DNA of 64,000 bases from Naegleria gruberi. Its lineage: Eukaryota. Under the pieces are notes generated by a model. That model was not told where the DNA came from. It did not search any database and saw only the letters and a list, made by a program, of their open reading frames with translations. Below are positions 53,036-63,119 of the stretch, piece by piece; the first letter of the stretch is position 1, and the number at the start of each line of letters is the position of its first letter. Made by a program: the position numbers and the translations under genes. The stretch lies in assembly GCA_000004985.1 (NCBI GenBank), contig GG738935.1. One strand, given 5' to 3'.

Positions 53036-56000
53036 TTAGATAGACATTCCAACCTTTGAGGTGAATTTTTCTCGTTCTGATTTCAATTTTTGCCAAGAGG
53101 TATAATCTTTAGAAACTCCAAATCTTGAGTAGGTATCAGAAAGGTTTAGTACAATGTCGCTTTTTAAAGTGTCCAAAGCTGTTAAAAATTCTGATTGTGA
53201 AGCTTGTTTTTCAAATAGAGATATGAATAGTTTTCTGGTAGGATTTGGAATATTGACTTCAAGGGGACTAGATGCACTCAAATATTTATCGCGGAAAGCT
53301 GAACAATCTTTGATAAGATTGGAAGATGTGTTGAGTTCCAAAATTTCATTGTAACATTTCAGATTCTCAAGGGAGAATTCTTTTGTACAAAAATTTTCGA
53401 ATAATTTGGCACCCAATTCATCACTCAATAATTCTACTAATTCTTGAGTAGCATCCTGTTCCTTCTTGACTGAATTTCTGTAATTTTTAAAGTAGAAAAT
53501 GAGTGACAATCCTCCAAATACGAAAATGTACAACACAAAGTAAACTACTGTGAGAATCAATCTGATAATTTCCATAATTAATGAGATTTCAAAGGTTGAA
53601 ACAGTAGTACTCAACTTGGTGCTGTAATTTGAAGTAAAAAGCCCAAGATTTACAATACCGAATACATAGGAAGATACCAATACTAACAGACATATAATGA
53701 ATAGTAGAGTTTCAGATCTGAATAAAAGTGGATCGTCCATGATAAAGAATCTATAACCGTTCGATGAGTATTCCTTGACCAGCTTCACAGCCTCTTCAAC
53801 TGAAATTATGTCCTTCTTATCTTTTCGACTTGGAACATCTTGCAATTCCACAGTTGACTCTTTCAATCCACTATAGGAACCAGCTTTAGATTTGTTCATT
53901 TTCATGTATCTGTTATAACTCAAAATCAAATCCAAAACGAACATGACAGAAAGAGCTACCAATGCAAGAACTAATATAGCTCCAATAAAACTGGAGGTAG
54001 CTATCGTATAGATTTTAGAGGTTAGTCCAGAAGAGTTGTCAATTACCTCTTGTGAAATTCTAGCAGCTGCCATTCCTCCCATGTAGAGGAAGATGAATAC
54101 AAAGAGTAAAAGAACAGAAACAATGTAAATACCTTTAGAGGTGATGATATTCAACAATTGGAGAGATTTTGTTTCTGATCTTTGCAATAGGGAATACATA
54201 TTTCTGAGGAGATGATATCTTGTAGTTTGAATTAAAAAGGAGAGAACACTAATGCTGAGAGCTACTCCCAAAATGGTAGAAGAAATGTAGGTCAATGAGT
54301 TGAGTGCTATTGGAGAGTAATCAGATCCTGAAACAGAATATCCAAGCATGACAGCGCTTTTTGTGACACTTCCCAAAAGAGCGTCCAAGAAAATGCATAC
54401 CATTCCAATGAAAGGAGCAACATATTTAGCTTTGATTGGCTGCTGATTTCTGTAAATGAATAGCAAAATGAGCATGACCAAACTAACAATGCAGATAATA
54501 AACCCAATACCTATTTGGAATCCCCACAACACGTGATAGGCAGTCTTTTGCTCAGAGGTATAGTTTTTGATATTTGACAAATCTTGGCTTAGTTCTACAA
54601 ATACAGCAAATTGAGTTGTGTGGTATGCCTTCATATTAATCGAGTAGTAAATTGTTCCATTGACATCTTTTGTTGAGTAGCTGCTGACAGTACATCCATT
54701 TGTTCTCCAATCCGATACTGTTTCATTCCAATATCTACAAGTAATATTCTCCATGGAAATGTTGTTAGTTTTGAGAATTGAATCCAAACTAGATGCTTCT
54801 ACCTCAAAGTTCAATGAAATTGGATCTGAAAGATCTGAAAGTGGAAAATATTCTCCGCCATTATCAATACATCTCAAAGACAATACGTTACTGACAATTT
54901 GTGAGCTGTTATCTTGATTCTTGTCGGAATTTGGATTCTCACTGTAGAGCACATATTCTGTACCAAATAGATCAGAATCGCTCACTGCTTGCTTCTTTCC
55001 TTGAACCACAGTTCCTGGCGGAACAGTTATGGCATTTGAGCTACCCATGACCACCTCACTACTGTTATAAGTCGATCCATAATCTTTTCTAACAATGAAG
55101 GTCAACTTGTCAGTGATGAGAGTTTTTTCCTCTGAAGGTGAAATGGAATCCACAATTGAAGCTGAAAGTAATTTGATAGAACTGATAAGCTTTGACCTAA
55201 TGGATTGGTTGATTTGGATTATATTGGATAAGGAAGAGCATACACTAGAAATGAATGAGGAGTCAATTCTACCCAATGGTTGATTTTTAGAACTTTCTCC
55301 TGTGAATGAGTTGGATCTTGCATCAATTCTAATAATGTTAACAAACTTTTGAATTCCACTCACAATGTCACTCTCCATATCGATGGCCATTGTTGACAGA
55401 TATTGAGTCGCATTGAAAGACCACATTTCCAAAATTTTAGCTGCAACCATGATATTCGAAACTGCCTTTGAATATTCAGTCTTGTTATTTGGATTAGTGA
55501 TTGGTGTTTCAATAGTGTTCAACAATGAAATAAACACTCCAAATGCTGATCTCTGAATGAGGTCAATATATTTTGGATCACCTCCATCATAGGCTTTCTG
55601 TACCATTCCCATGAGTGATTTGATTTGAAACGAATCGACGGTACCCTGAATAACTCTATTCCTTAAATTTTCCATGAATGGATAAACAGAATCGAGAGGA
55701 ACTGGACAAACACACATTCCACCACTCAAAACAAACACCCTATTCAATCCATAATATCTATCATAAACGAATAGCACTGGATTTTGTCTATATTCCAATG
55801 GTGCATTATCCAAAATCATTGTATTATTAAAATGTTCTGCATTTCTTAGAGAAAATCCTGGAGGAAGGTAGGATTTGTGTAGCTTGCTGGAAGAATATGG
55901 TGTAATCTGAACTACATATTGTGAAAGTTCAGAATTTGGAATGTCAGCCATTCCTGATTTAATGACAACATCTGAACCACCTGTCAAACGAGTAGCAAGT

Positions 56001-57193
56001 TTTGCATTCACATAACCAAAGGCAAACATCAAGTTGGAATCTGCTGGAGTATTAGATTGATCGTCATACACAAATGGTGCTGTGACATTGAAGGTGAATT
56101 CTATTGTCATCTTTTCCACAAGTGGTGAAATTGAAAATACTGAATTAAATTGAGCAAATTGAGGGAAAAATCTTTTTGGTGTTTTCAAATAAATATCATT
56201 CGATCTTCCAATCATGATTGAAGTAGCACTTGTGCTATTCCACCATTTGGCAACACATGAAATTCTATAAACAGAGTCAAAATCAAAATCTGCATCTTCT
56301 GAGAAGGTCAACATGGAAATTCCCAATTGATTGGTTTGCTCTCTATCCTGAAGATAGTTAGTGACTTTCTCATAATTTCCCAACGTATTCTTAATCAAAC
56401 TAGTCTTTGAAAGAGAGCTTTTCATTTCCATTGTTTTATCACTTATTTTCACAATGTCCCAATTATATCTAATATTGGCATTTGAATTTTTCAATTTAGT
56501 ATTCAACTTGGCATTGATAAAAAAACTCTTCTTCATTGGCATGAATCTTTCACCTGTTTGTGAATCGATAGCTGGCTCGGGAAGCATTGGATTCATGGTT
56601 GAAAACGAAGGCATAGACAAATTTAGAGCCATCATTGAGTATCCACTCGTCAGAACAGTGTCCGTTCGATTTGTATTAAAAACATCAATCTCAATTTGTG
56701 ACAGAACTGGATTTGCCACTCCCAACACTGAACTCAGCACATTTAATAAAACTCCAGATTGCAATCCCATATTCACAACAAAAGTTCCCTCTATAAATTG
56801 TGCTGTTTTTGGTGATACTTTCACTGTGACTGTTTGTGAGAGCAGATCAACAGTCGGCAAATCACATGTGAAAAATTCCACTAAACTTGTTGAATTTGAC
56901 AAGAGTGGTGACACCAAAACTCCACAATTTATCACCTGGAATGTAGGTAGCAAGGGAATTGTCTGAAGACCTATTATTTGTGTCTTGATATAAAAATAGG
57001 GCGTTGTAGTAGTGGTCTGATATCGGTTCGTGCCAGAGATTGTGGCCGATGGATAAGAGATGAGAAAAGTTTTAGGTGTGGTTGAGTAGATAAAGTTAAA
57101 AATTGATGTTTGGAACGCGAGGATTGTTTGTGAGAAACTGCAACAACCCAATAAGAGGAGAAGAATGATGGCAGTTGCCAGTTTAGATGACAT
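53036..57193 (-). CDS. Giant receptor (1385 aa): signal peptide, 830-aa ectodomain ending in a GPS/GAIN-like motif, 7 TM helices, and a C-terminal RGS domain (adhesion-GPCR-like with an RGS fusion).
   Basis: ATG complement of 57191-57193 (MSSKLATAIILLLLLGCCSFSQT), immediately 3' of a 50-N gap. GPS-like CRYWNETVSDWRTNGC...YYSINMKAYHTTQFAVFVE (compare C..W.....W...GC......HL|T.FAVLM) at about nt 54600-54750. Seven hydrophobic helices between nt 53500 and 54560, with a roughly 90-aa ICL3. The RGS box ELVELLSDELGAKLFENFCTKEFSLENLKCYNEILELN...FRDKYLSASSPLEVNIP at about nt 53080-53430 matches the RGS consensus (F..FL..EFSEENL.FW.....Y). Confidence 0.6.
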   Translation of the reverse strand: MSSKLATAIILLLLLGCCSFSQTILAFQTSIFNFIYSTTPKTFLISYPSATISGTNRYQTTTTTPYFYIKTQIIGLQTIPLLPTFQVINCGVLVSPLLSNSTSLVEFFTCDLPTVDLLSQTVTVKVSPKTAQFIEGTFVVNMGLQSGVLLNVLSSVLGVANPVLSQIEIDVFNTNRTDTVLTSGYSMMALNLSMPSFSTMNPMLPEPAIDSQTGERFMPMKKSFFINAKLNTKLKNSNANIRYNWDIVKISDKTMEMKSSLSKTSLIKNTLGNYEKVTNYLQDREQTNQLGISMLTFSEDADFDFDSVYRISCVAKWWNSTSATSIMIGRSNDIYLKTPKRFFPQFAQFNSVFSISPLVEKMTIEFTFNVTAPFVYDDQSNTPADSNLMFAFGYVNAKLATRLTGGSDVVIKSGMADIPNSELSQYVVQITPYSSSKLHKSYLPPGFSLRNAEHFNNTMILDNAPLEYRQNPVLFVYDRYYGLNRVFVLSGGMCVCPVPLDSVYPFMENLRNRVIQGTVDSFQIKSLMGMVQKAYDGGDPKYIDLIQRSAFGVFISLLNTIETPITNPNNKTEYSKAVSNIMVAAKILEMWSFNATQYLSTMAIDMESDIVSGIQKFVNIIRIDARSNSFTGESSKNQPLGRIDSSFISSVCSSLSNIIQINQSIRSKLISSIKLLSASIVDSISPSEEKTLITDKLTFIVRKDYGSTYNSSEVVMGSSNAITVPPGTVVQGKKQAVSDSDLFGTEYVLYSENPNSDKNQDNSSQIVSNVLSLRCIDNGGEYFPLSDLSDPISLNFEVEASSLDSILKTNNISMENITCRYWNETVSDWRTNGCTVSSYSTKDVNGTIYYSINMKAYHTTQFAVFVELSQDLSNIKNYTSEQKTAYHVLWGFQIGIGFIICIVSLVMLILLFIYRNQQPIKAKYVAPFIGMVCIFLDALLGSVTKSAVMLGYSVSGSDYSPIALNSLTYISSTILGVALSISVLSFLIQTTRYHLLRNMYSLLQRSETKSLQLLNIITSKGIYIVSVLLLFVFIFLYMGGMAAARISQEVIDNSSGLTSKIYTIATSSFIGAILVLALVALSVMFVLDLILSYNRYMKMNKSKAGSYSGLKESTVELQDVPSRKDKKDIISVEEAVKLVKEYSSNGYRFFIMDDPLLFRSETLLFIICLLVLVSSYVFGIVNLGLFTSNYSTKLSTTVSTFEISLIMEIIRLILTVVYFVLYIFVFGGLSLIFYFKNYRNSVKKEQDATQELVELLSDELGAKLFENFCTKEFSLENLKCYNEILELNTSSNLIKDCSAFRDKYLSASSPLEVNIPNPTRKLFISLFEKQASQSEFLTALDTLKSDIVLNLSDTYSRFGVSKDYTSWQKLKSEREKFTSKVGMSI

Positions 57194-57196
57194 TTT

Positions 57197-57246
57197 NNNN
57201 NNNNNNNNNNNNNNNNNNNNNNNNNNNNNNNNNNNNNNNNNNNNNN
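57197..57246. other. Scaffold gap (50 N), 3 nt upstream of the receptor gene ATG.
   Basis: Run of exactly 50 N. Confidence 1.
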
Positions 57247-57414
57247 CAGAATAAAAAGAAAATTTTTAAGACTCCAAAATTCTTGATGATTAACGTTAAA
57301 ATAAAAATAACTCAAGCAAAAAATAATGCACAGAAAAAGTATATAAATGTTGCAGTTAAATAAGTTACTTTCCCCACAACAAAAAAAACAAACAAAATAA
57401 CAATATCAATACAA

Positions 57415-58349
57415 ATGACCAGACAATTGACTCATGGAAGACAACCAGTCCATGGAACTGAAGTCTCATACAGCAAATATGCCTCCATCTTTTTCAATAT
57501 GATTAATCAATTCATCCCTCTTGCTGCAAGGATAGCAATGACCCATTTTCATGTTAACTTTCTTGTTCAAATGTTGATCCTACCACCAGTATATCTTATT
57601 TTTGGTGGAAGATGGACTCTGTGCTTTCACAATTTACTACATCAAGAAGATTCATTGAATTCAATAATTGATCTTTTTCTTGGAGTTGGTTTTGGTCACT
57701 TTTTAACATTCGATCCAGCAAAGGCTGCCCATGATGCTGATCACAATTTCAACTATGGCCAAGGGAGCAGAAAGTACTCTATGGACACCACACAAGATTA
57801 CTTGGCACCAGCTGATGTTCTAGATACAGACATAAGCAAATCCTGAAAAGAGATCCTGATTATTGGTTTAAATCATCTCCAGATCGTTGGGTATTATTCA
57901 TGAGATGTTCTGTATTTGATTTTCATTATATCAGTTTTTATTTGAAGAAGAGAGACATGAAGTGGAAATATGCTCCAATGTACTTTGCAAGATTGGTATT
58001 GCTCTTGGCTCCATTCTTGATAATGAATCCTATTGATTATTTAATGCATTTGGTAATGTGTAGACTTGTCATGACTGTAATCTTTATGGTGTTTACAACA
58101 TTAGCTCATGAAGAAGGATGGTTCGATTCAATGGTTGACAAGTTTTATCCTTTCCAAAAATATGTGGATATTAATCTTGTTCTTGAAATTTTGATTGGAT
58201 ATCACGTTCATCATGTTAACGAGCATGACAATCATCATATTTTCCCAAAGAGAGATGTCAGCATGTTGGAACAAATTAGTGTCCCAAGAAGAATGGTCAA
58301 CTTGTTTGCAAATTGTTTCTCCAAGTTTGTCAATTATTCATTCTCCTAA
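57415..58349 (+). CDS. His-box membrane protein of the fatty-acid-hydroxylase/sterol-desaturase type. It is split into two track ORFs by a 1-nt frame change near 57816-57846, so it may be an indel error or a pseudogene.
   Basis: ORF A (57415..57846) has TM segments plus FHNLLHQ and AAHDADHNFNYGQ. The frame of ORF B is open from 57816 and carries IGYHVHHVNEHDNHHIFP (HxHH/HxxHH boxes) after three more hydrophobic segments. No GT..AG intron joins the frames. Confidence 0.3.
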
Positions 58350-58642
58350 TTAATGAAAAGAAAGTCATCCTCCACAAACTATTCAACCATTACTCAACCA
58401 GTTGCTATTCTCAAAGATATGTAAAGTCACAATTCTTTGTAAATTTTCATCATTATTAAATTATACCTATTTCTACTATTTCTACTATTAACATGTTAAA
58501 TCGTCTTGTAGAACTTCAGAAATTCAGTGTTGAAATAAATCCAGTAAAAGCGAGACATAGTCAGCTCTCAAGCAGCTCCAAGTCCAATACTTACATAGAG
58601 GAGGGGATAAATGTATTTAATCTTTAAAATATTTTCTCATTA

Positions 58643-59566
58643 TTATTGAGAGAATTTAATGAAACAATCAAATAATTTGTTGGTAAATCGATATGGTTTT
58701 GGTGGATATAAATGTCTTTTGAAAAACCAAAAGCAATCATCAATAGTTGGTCTCTGTTCTGGATCTTCACTTGTCATTTGATCAATGAAACTGTTCACAA
58801 GTGACAATATTGAATCTGAAACCTTAACCCGTTCCAATATTTGAGAAATAGTTATTCCCAACGAATAAATATCCAAACTTGGTAAATAGTCAAATTCCTC
58901 ATCACCAATTCTTATTTCTGGAGCTTTGATTTCTGAATTATAGGGCTCTTCCTTATAACCAATTTGACATGAACTCCAAGTTCCTCCCAATTTCACAAAA
59001 TATTTCCCTTCCTCATCAGAATAGATATGTATATGAAATGGAATGATATTTCTGTGAACAAATCCTTGTTCATGCAATGATTTCACACCCTTAATTAGTT
59101 GTAAAACCCACTCCAATAAAATCTGATCACTCTCATTGCAATGAATAACCTTCTCGCCATTCAAAAATTCTAGAAGAGAGCACTCAGATTTTGGAATAAC
59201 AATTTCAAGTTTTGAAAAGGATTCTTCCACAATTTGATGATCATTTCTCAATATTTCAACTTCAAGATAGCTGTCAGATATTTGATTATCAGGAACCTGT
59301 TCAAAAATAACATCTACCATCGGAACGAGATAGGGAGAAGATTTCACAATTAAATTCATAAAATATTCATTCCCAGATTGAAATGAATACATGAAGAATT
59401 CCTTGTCTGTGTTCTTTTCTTTGACAGTCGAGACCAAAAAACCTGAACCATTCTGATTGATGCTAATGACCTCATATTCCTTCTTGCTTTTGCAAAGAGA
59501 GGATGTAGAATGGTTGTTTAACATTTTTTTAAAGTGTGAAACAAAACGTGATTGATATTTCAACAT
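58643..59566 (-). CDS. Protein-kinase-like domain protein, predicted pseudokinase.
   Basis: The C-lobe is recognisable: HEQGFVHRNIIPFHI has the catalytic-loop HRD replaced by HRN, and VKLGGTW has no DFG. APEIRIG (APE), DIYSLGITISQIL (subdomain IX) and DPEQRPT (subdomain XI) are present. The N-lobe Gly-loop is degenerate (NQNGSGFLV) and the VAIK lysine is unclear. Start moved to the first ATG at 59566; the track start is TTG. Confidence 0.5.
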   Translation of the reverse strand: MLKYQSRFVSHFKKMLNNHSTSSLCKSKKEYEVISINQNGSGFLVSTVKEKNTDKEFFMYSFQSGNEYFMNLIVKSSPYLVPMVDVIFEQVPDNQISDSYLEVEILRNDHQIVEESFSKLEIVIPKSECSLLEFLNGEKVIHCNESDQILLEWVLQLIKGVKSLHEQGFVHRNIIPFHIHIYSDEEGKYFVKLGGTWSSCQIGYKEEPYNSEIKAPEIRIGDEEFDYLPSLDIYSLGITISQILERVKVSDSILSLVNSFIDQMTSEDPEQRPTIDDCFWFFKRHLYPPKPYRFTNKLFDCFIKFSQ

Positions 59567-60190
59567 AACCAAATAAACCTGGTTTTACTTTAGATTTAGA
59601 ACAATACATGAAGTTTCTTCTTTGTGAGTTCAGCTTTAAAGACGAGGAAAAGTTTCGTCTACATTTTTCATGACAGAGTTCCTTCTATTTTTTGAAACCT
59701 GTACTGGTAATCTGACATTCTAATTGTATGCAATCAACACCTAAAATCTTACATTCCAAAATGAACTTGTTTCTTAAACTGAAAAAAAATGGACAAACTT
59801 GATCATACGCAAATAAATAAGCCACAACCAAATGCTCAAAAAGAAGATATTCATTCGAAAGAGAGCATACTGGAGAAAATGAGAAGGGAAGGAAGGTTAA
59901 TAGAAATACAATTATCACCAGCAGAAGCCGAAGAATATTATGAAATGCATGCTTGAGATTCGCAAAACTTAACCTAAATGCCTAAACCTTCAAAAACATT
60001 CAATAACTTTGATGGTAGGGGAGAATGCCATCTTGTATTGTCAAGGAGATGATGATTGATCAAGAAAGAACAGGTGTTGATAAGGTAATTTATCATTTTT
60101 GCTTCTTGTTGGAGATGGTTATTTCAAACACCTAATACAACATTCTCAAAAAGATTCTTTCTCCTTTTCACCTTATTAATAATTGAAATT

Positions 60191-60240
60191 NNNNNNNNNN
60201 NNNNNNNNNNNNNNNNNNNNNNNNNNNNNNNNNNNNNNNN
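60191..60240. other. Scaffold gap (50 N) on the 3' side of the TNP2-like element.
   Basis: Run of exactly 50 N. Confidence 1.
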
Positions 60241-60289
60241 TACCGTTTAACAATTTGAAAAATACCCTTGGAAAATTTAACAATATCAC

Positions 60290-62109
60290 CTAAACATTAT
60301 GAGTGTCAGCAACCTTTGAAAAAAAAAGATACAAACCATGTTCGTATTGGAAGGTGAATTGTCTCACCCTTTTCAAACTGGTCATTTGATGAATGGACCA
60401 ATTCTCCAAAGCCTTATGATCCATGTTGGCCTTTCCTCCATAGATGGAGGAAGTAAGAGAGCCCATCAAATCCTCCAACATGAACGTAGAGTTGGTATAG
60501 AGAGGGCCCAAATTCCATATCGATCTTGTTTTAAAACAATCAATATTATATGAAATTGTTGCATTCTGAATAACTAGTAGAGTACTTACAATGGAAAGTG
60601 AAGAACAGTATGAGAGGCCATTGTAATATCCTCCTCACCAAATTCAATTTCCACACTTCGCAGCAAGTTGAATGCCATTTGCAATAGACTTGCCTTGGCT
60701 TGCTCACTCTTCTCACTAGGATTCATGATGAGTCCTATAAAAGTTTCGACACTTTTTAAAATGTTAAAGTGGTTTTCAGAAATAATATTCTTGAAAACAT
60801 CCTTACAATAGGCAAACAACATGTAGTATTCAATAGCTTTGAACTTTGCAGCCTCATTCAAGGAACGAATCTCTCTGTGATACATGGATGGAGTTTCAAT
60901 AAGTTTGATGCGTTCTTTCAATTGTTAAACACCAAGGGGTTGAGTTCATATTTTTCCTTCACCACAATACTTACCATCAATGCTGGGAATTAAAGTCTTG
61001 TACAATGAACAAATATTCTTCAAAATCTTTTTACAAAGACCCTCTAAAAGATTGTGCAAAATATCACAGGCTACCTGAGTAGTCCATCTAAAATAGCTGA
61101 GCTTGAGGAGAATTGAAATGCCAATCACACCATCGAAGGAAGAAATCTCATTTTTTTGCAACTTGCAAAACTGTGGCATCATGTTATTCCAAACTCTATT
61201 GACTCCACTATTACAACTCGAATTTCCTACACAATACAATACACCAGTGTTTTCTCCCTTCTTTTCTCCTGTATGTAGACACCATCTACAACCACACAGG
61301 CCCGAGTGACCATTGATTTGCAAGAGATCTTTTGCAGCAACCAAATCGACAATCATTTGAAAGAGGCGAACCTAGTAACAAATCCAATTATTTGTTTCAC
61401 ATGTATATAATAATAATAATTGGCTTGTTGTCCAATGAATCACACAATCAACTTACTTTTAGAAAGAATTTACATCCTCCCTTGGTAACAATAGTCAAAC
61501 CCTTGTCCAATTCATTGAGTTCATCTATAAATTTGGACAAGAGTATTTGATAGGGTATTTTGTGGTTTGCATATGCTGCCAATGAAGTCAATGGATAGGA
61601 AAATCTGTGTTTCAATCCAATCTCATTTATCCAAAAGAAGAGAGGATTGATGGATTTAGAGTTGGACTTGTTGACAGAGCCACCATCAGTGCCAGCACTA
61701 ATGGTGAGGCAAATAGTGTTGGGATCATCTCGAATGACCCACTTGTCTGTAATTCTCTTATACTCGACCCCATCAACACAGTCCTTAATGAAATGTTTCT
61801 GGCCCACTGTAGGAATGTTCGTATCAGTAGCTGCAGATAGGTGTGATTGGAATCTTCTCAAGCCTACCCTATCAACCATATTCGATATGCACGAGGCAAT
61901 ACTTTTAGTCCAAAAGTGTTGAATATTCTCCTTGTTCAATACACCCTCAACACTACACTGCTCGCAGGAACAAGCCTTCAGAGTTTCACCTTTAATAATT
62001 GTCAAATGCTTTGAACAATAAAACACCTTTTCATACTCATTGTTGACATTGTGAATTCTACTGATGAGAATATCTAGGGTTGGAATCTTTTTTCCAATCG
62101 CCGAGTACT
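60290..62109 (-). mobile_element. TNP2-family (Transposase_21 + DUF4218; EnSpm/CACTA-like) transposase gene with three GTAAGT..AG spliceosomal introns. The N-terminus is lost in an assembly gap, and the locus is bounded by 50-N gaps at 60191-60240 and 62110-62159.
   Basis: Exons (minus strand) 62109..61457, 61371..60975, 60914..60590, 60524..60290 with introns of 85, 60 and 59 nt (donors at 61456, 60974 and 60589, all GTAAGT). The spliced frame is continuous across all four track ORFs (61448..62026, 60946..61356, 60586..60921, 60290..60511). Transposase_21 core: DGVEYKRITDKWVIRDDPNTICLTISAGTDGGSVNKSNSKSINPLFFWINEIGLKHR...YQILLSKFIDELNELDKG (compare NVRLGLSTDGFNPFG..S.YSVWPVILVNYNLPPW....YLRPLIDELKELWEG). 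A C/H-rich segment CGCRWCLHTGEKKGE..VLYCVGNS and a DUF4218-like ACDILHNLLEGLCKKILKNI follow. Confidence 0.6.
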
Positions 62110-62159
62110 NNNNNNNNNNNNNNNNNNNNNNNNNNNNNNNNNNNNNNNNNNNNNNNNNN
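62110..62159. other. Scaffold gap (50 N) interrupting the 5' end of the TNP2-like transposase ORF.
   Basis: Run of exactly 50 N; the transposase frame is open right up to the gap. Confidence 1.
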
Positions 62160-62306
62160 ACATTCTCTATTTATTATATAGTCCTATTACTAGTATTTAC
62201 TCCATAGTATTTTCAATAATTATTACTCCTTCTCCATAATTATTTTGATTCTGCTATTACTCTATTACTCTTTCGTGTTACTTATCCCAATTGAAAAACA
62301 ACAACA

Positions 62307-63119
62307 ATGGCTCATGCAAGATTATGCCAAGTTGAACAGAATGTTATTGATGTTCAACAACAATGTAAAGTTTCATGTTCTTCACTCATCAGTTGTGAAG
62401 AAACTGAAAAATCATCAACTACCAAAACTCTGCAGTCCTGTCTGCAGAGTAATTCGAGTCCAAAACCTTCTCTCATCCTAACTGTGTGTAAGAATGGTAA
62501 GGAGTATTCAATGAGGAAGAGGGAAAACAAGTCCACAAAACGACCATCCAACAGATTGGAGGAAACTCAAAAATCCAAACGTCGTCACTTGGAAGACTTT
62601 CCTCTTGTTTTAACTCCAGTTTGCTCCTCTTTCAATCTTCAATCACAAGATTCAATTTACTCACCAATCATCATTACTCCATGCACCAGCAATTTGAATG
62701 ATATTACCACAGAAATCTCTGGTATGCCTATTACTCCAAAGAGTTCCTCTGAAATAAGTGCTAGTTGTGATGAATTCTCTCAAAGCGATTCAGAAGAGCC
62801 GTCATCTGTTGCTACTGTTGATTCCCGTACGACTCAAAACACTAGACACCGTTCTAATTCTAATATTGTTCAAACTTCTTCTGAAGTTTCCACACCAGTC
62901 ATTCCATTAACTAGTTCGACAATTACACCATACTCCTCCACAACAACTTGCTCCATAACCTCCCAATTCGATTCCCTTTCTTCTCCTTCCTCTCCTTTGT
63001 CTTCGTGCCATCCATCTGAAAATTACACTGATGACGAAATTAATATTTTCTTCAATAGTTGGATGGATTGTTACGAACTCAAAAAGAAACAATTCATTAA
63101 TTCGAGAAATAAATTATAA
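62307..63119 (+). CDS. Hypothetical Ser/Thr-rich 270-aa protein (Cys-containing N-terminus, basic patch KSKRRHLE, S/T-rich C-terminal half).
   Basis: ATG at 62307 in A-rich context; continuous ORF; no recognisable domain. Confidence 0.4.
   Translation: MAHARLCQVEQNVIDVQQQCKVSCSSLISCEETEKSSTTKTLQSCLQSNSSPKPSLILTVCKNGKEYSMRKRENKSTKRPSNRLEETQKSKRRHLEDFPLVLTPVCSSFNLQSQDSIYSPIIITPCTSNLNDITTEISGMPITPKSSSEISASCDEFSQSDSEEPSSVATVDSRTTQNTRHRSNSNIVQTSSEVSTPVIPLTSSTITPYSSTTTCSITSQFDSLSSPSSPLSSCHPSENYTDDEINIFFNSWMDCYELKKKQFINSRNKL

Noticed and set aside
59685-59918. 77-aa minus-strand ORF between the pseudokinase and the transposase locus
   Set aside because: Hydrophobic F/L-rich composition typical of AT-rich noncoding DNA; no motif; adjacent to an assembly gap.
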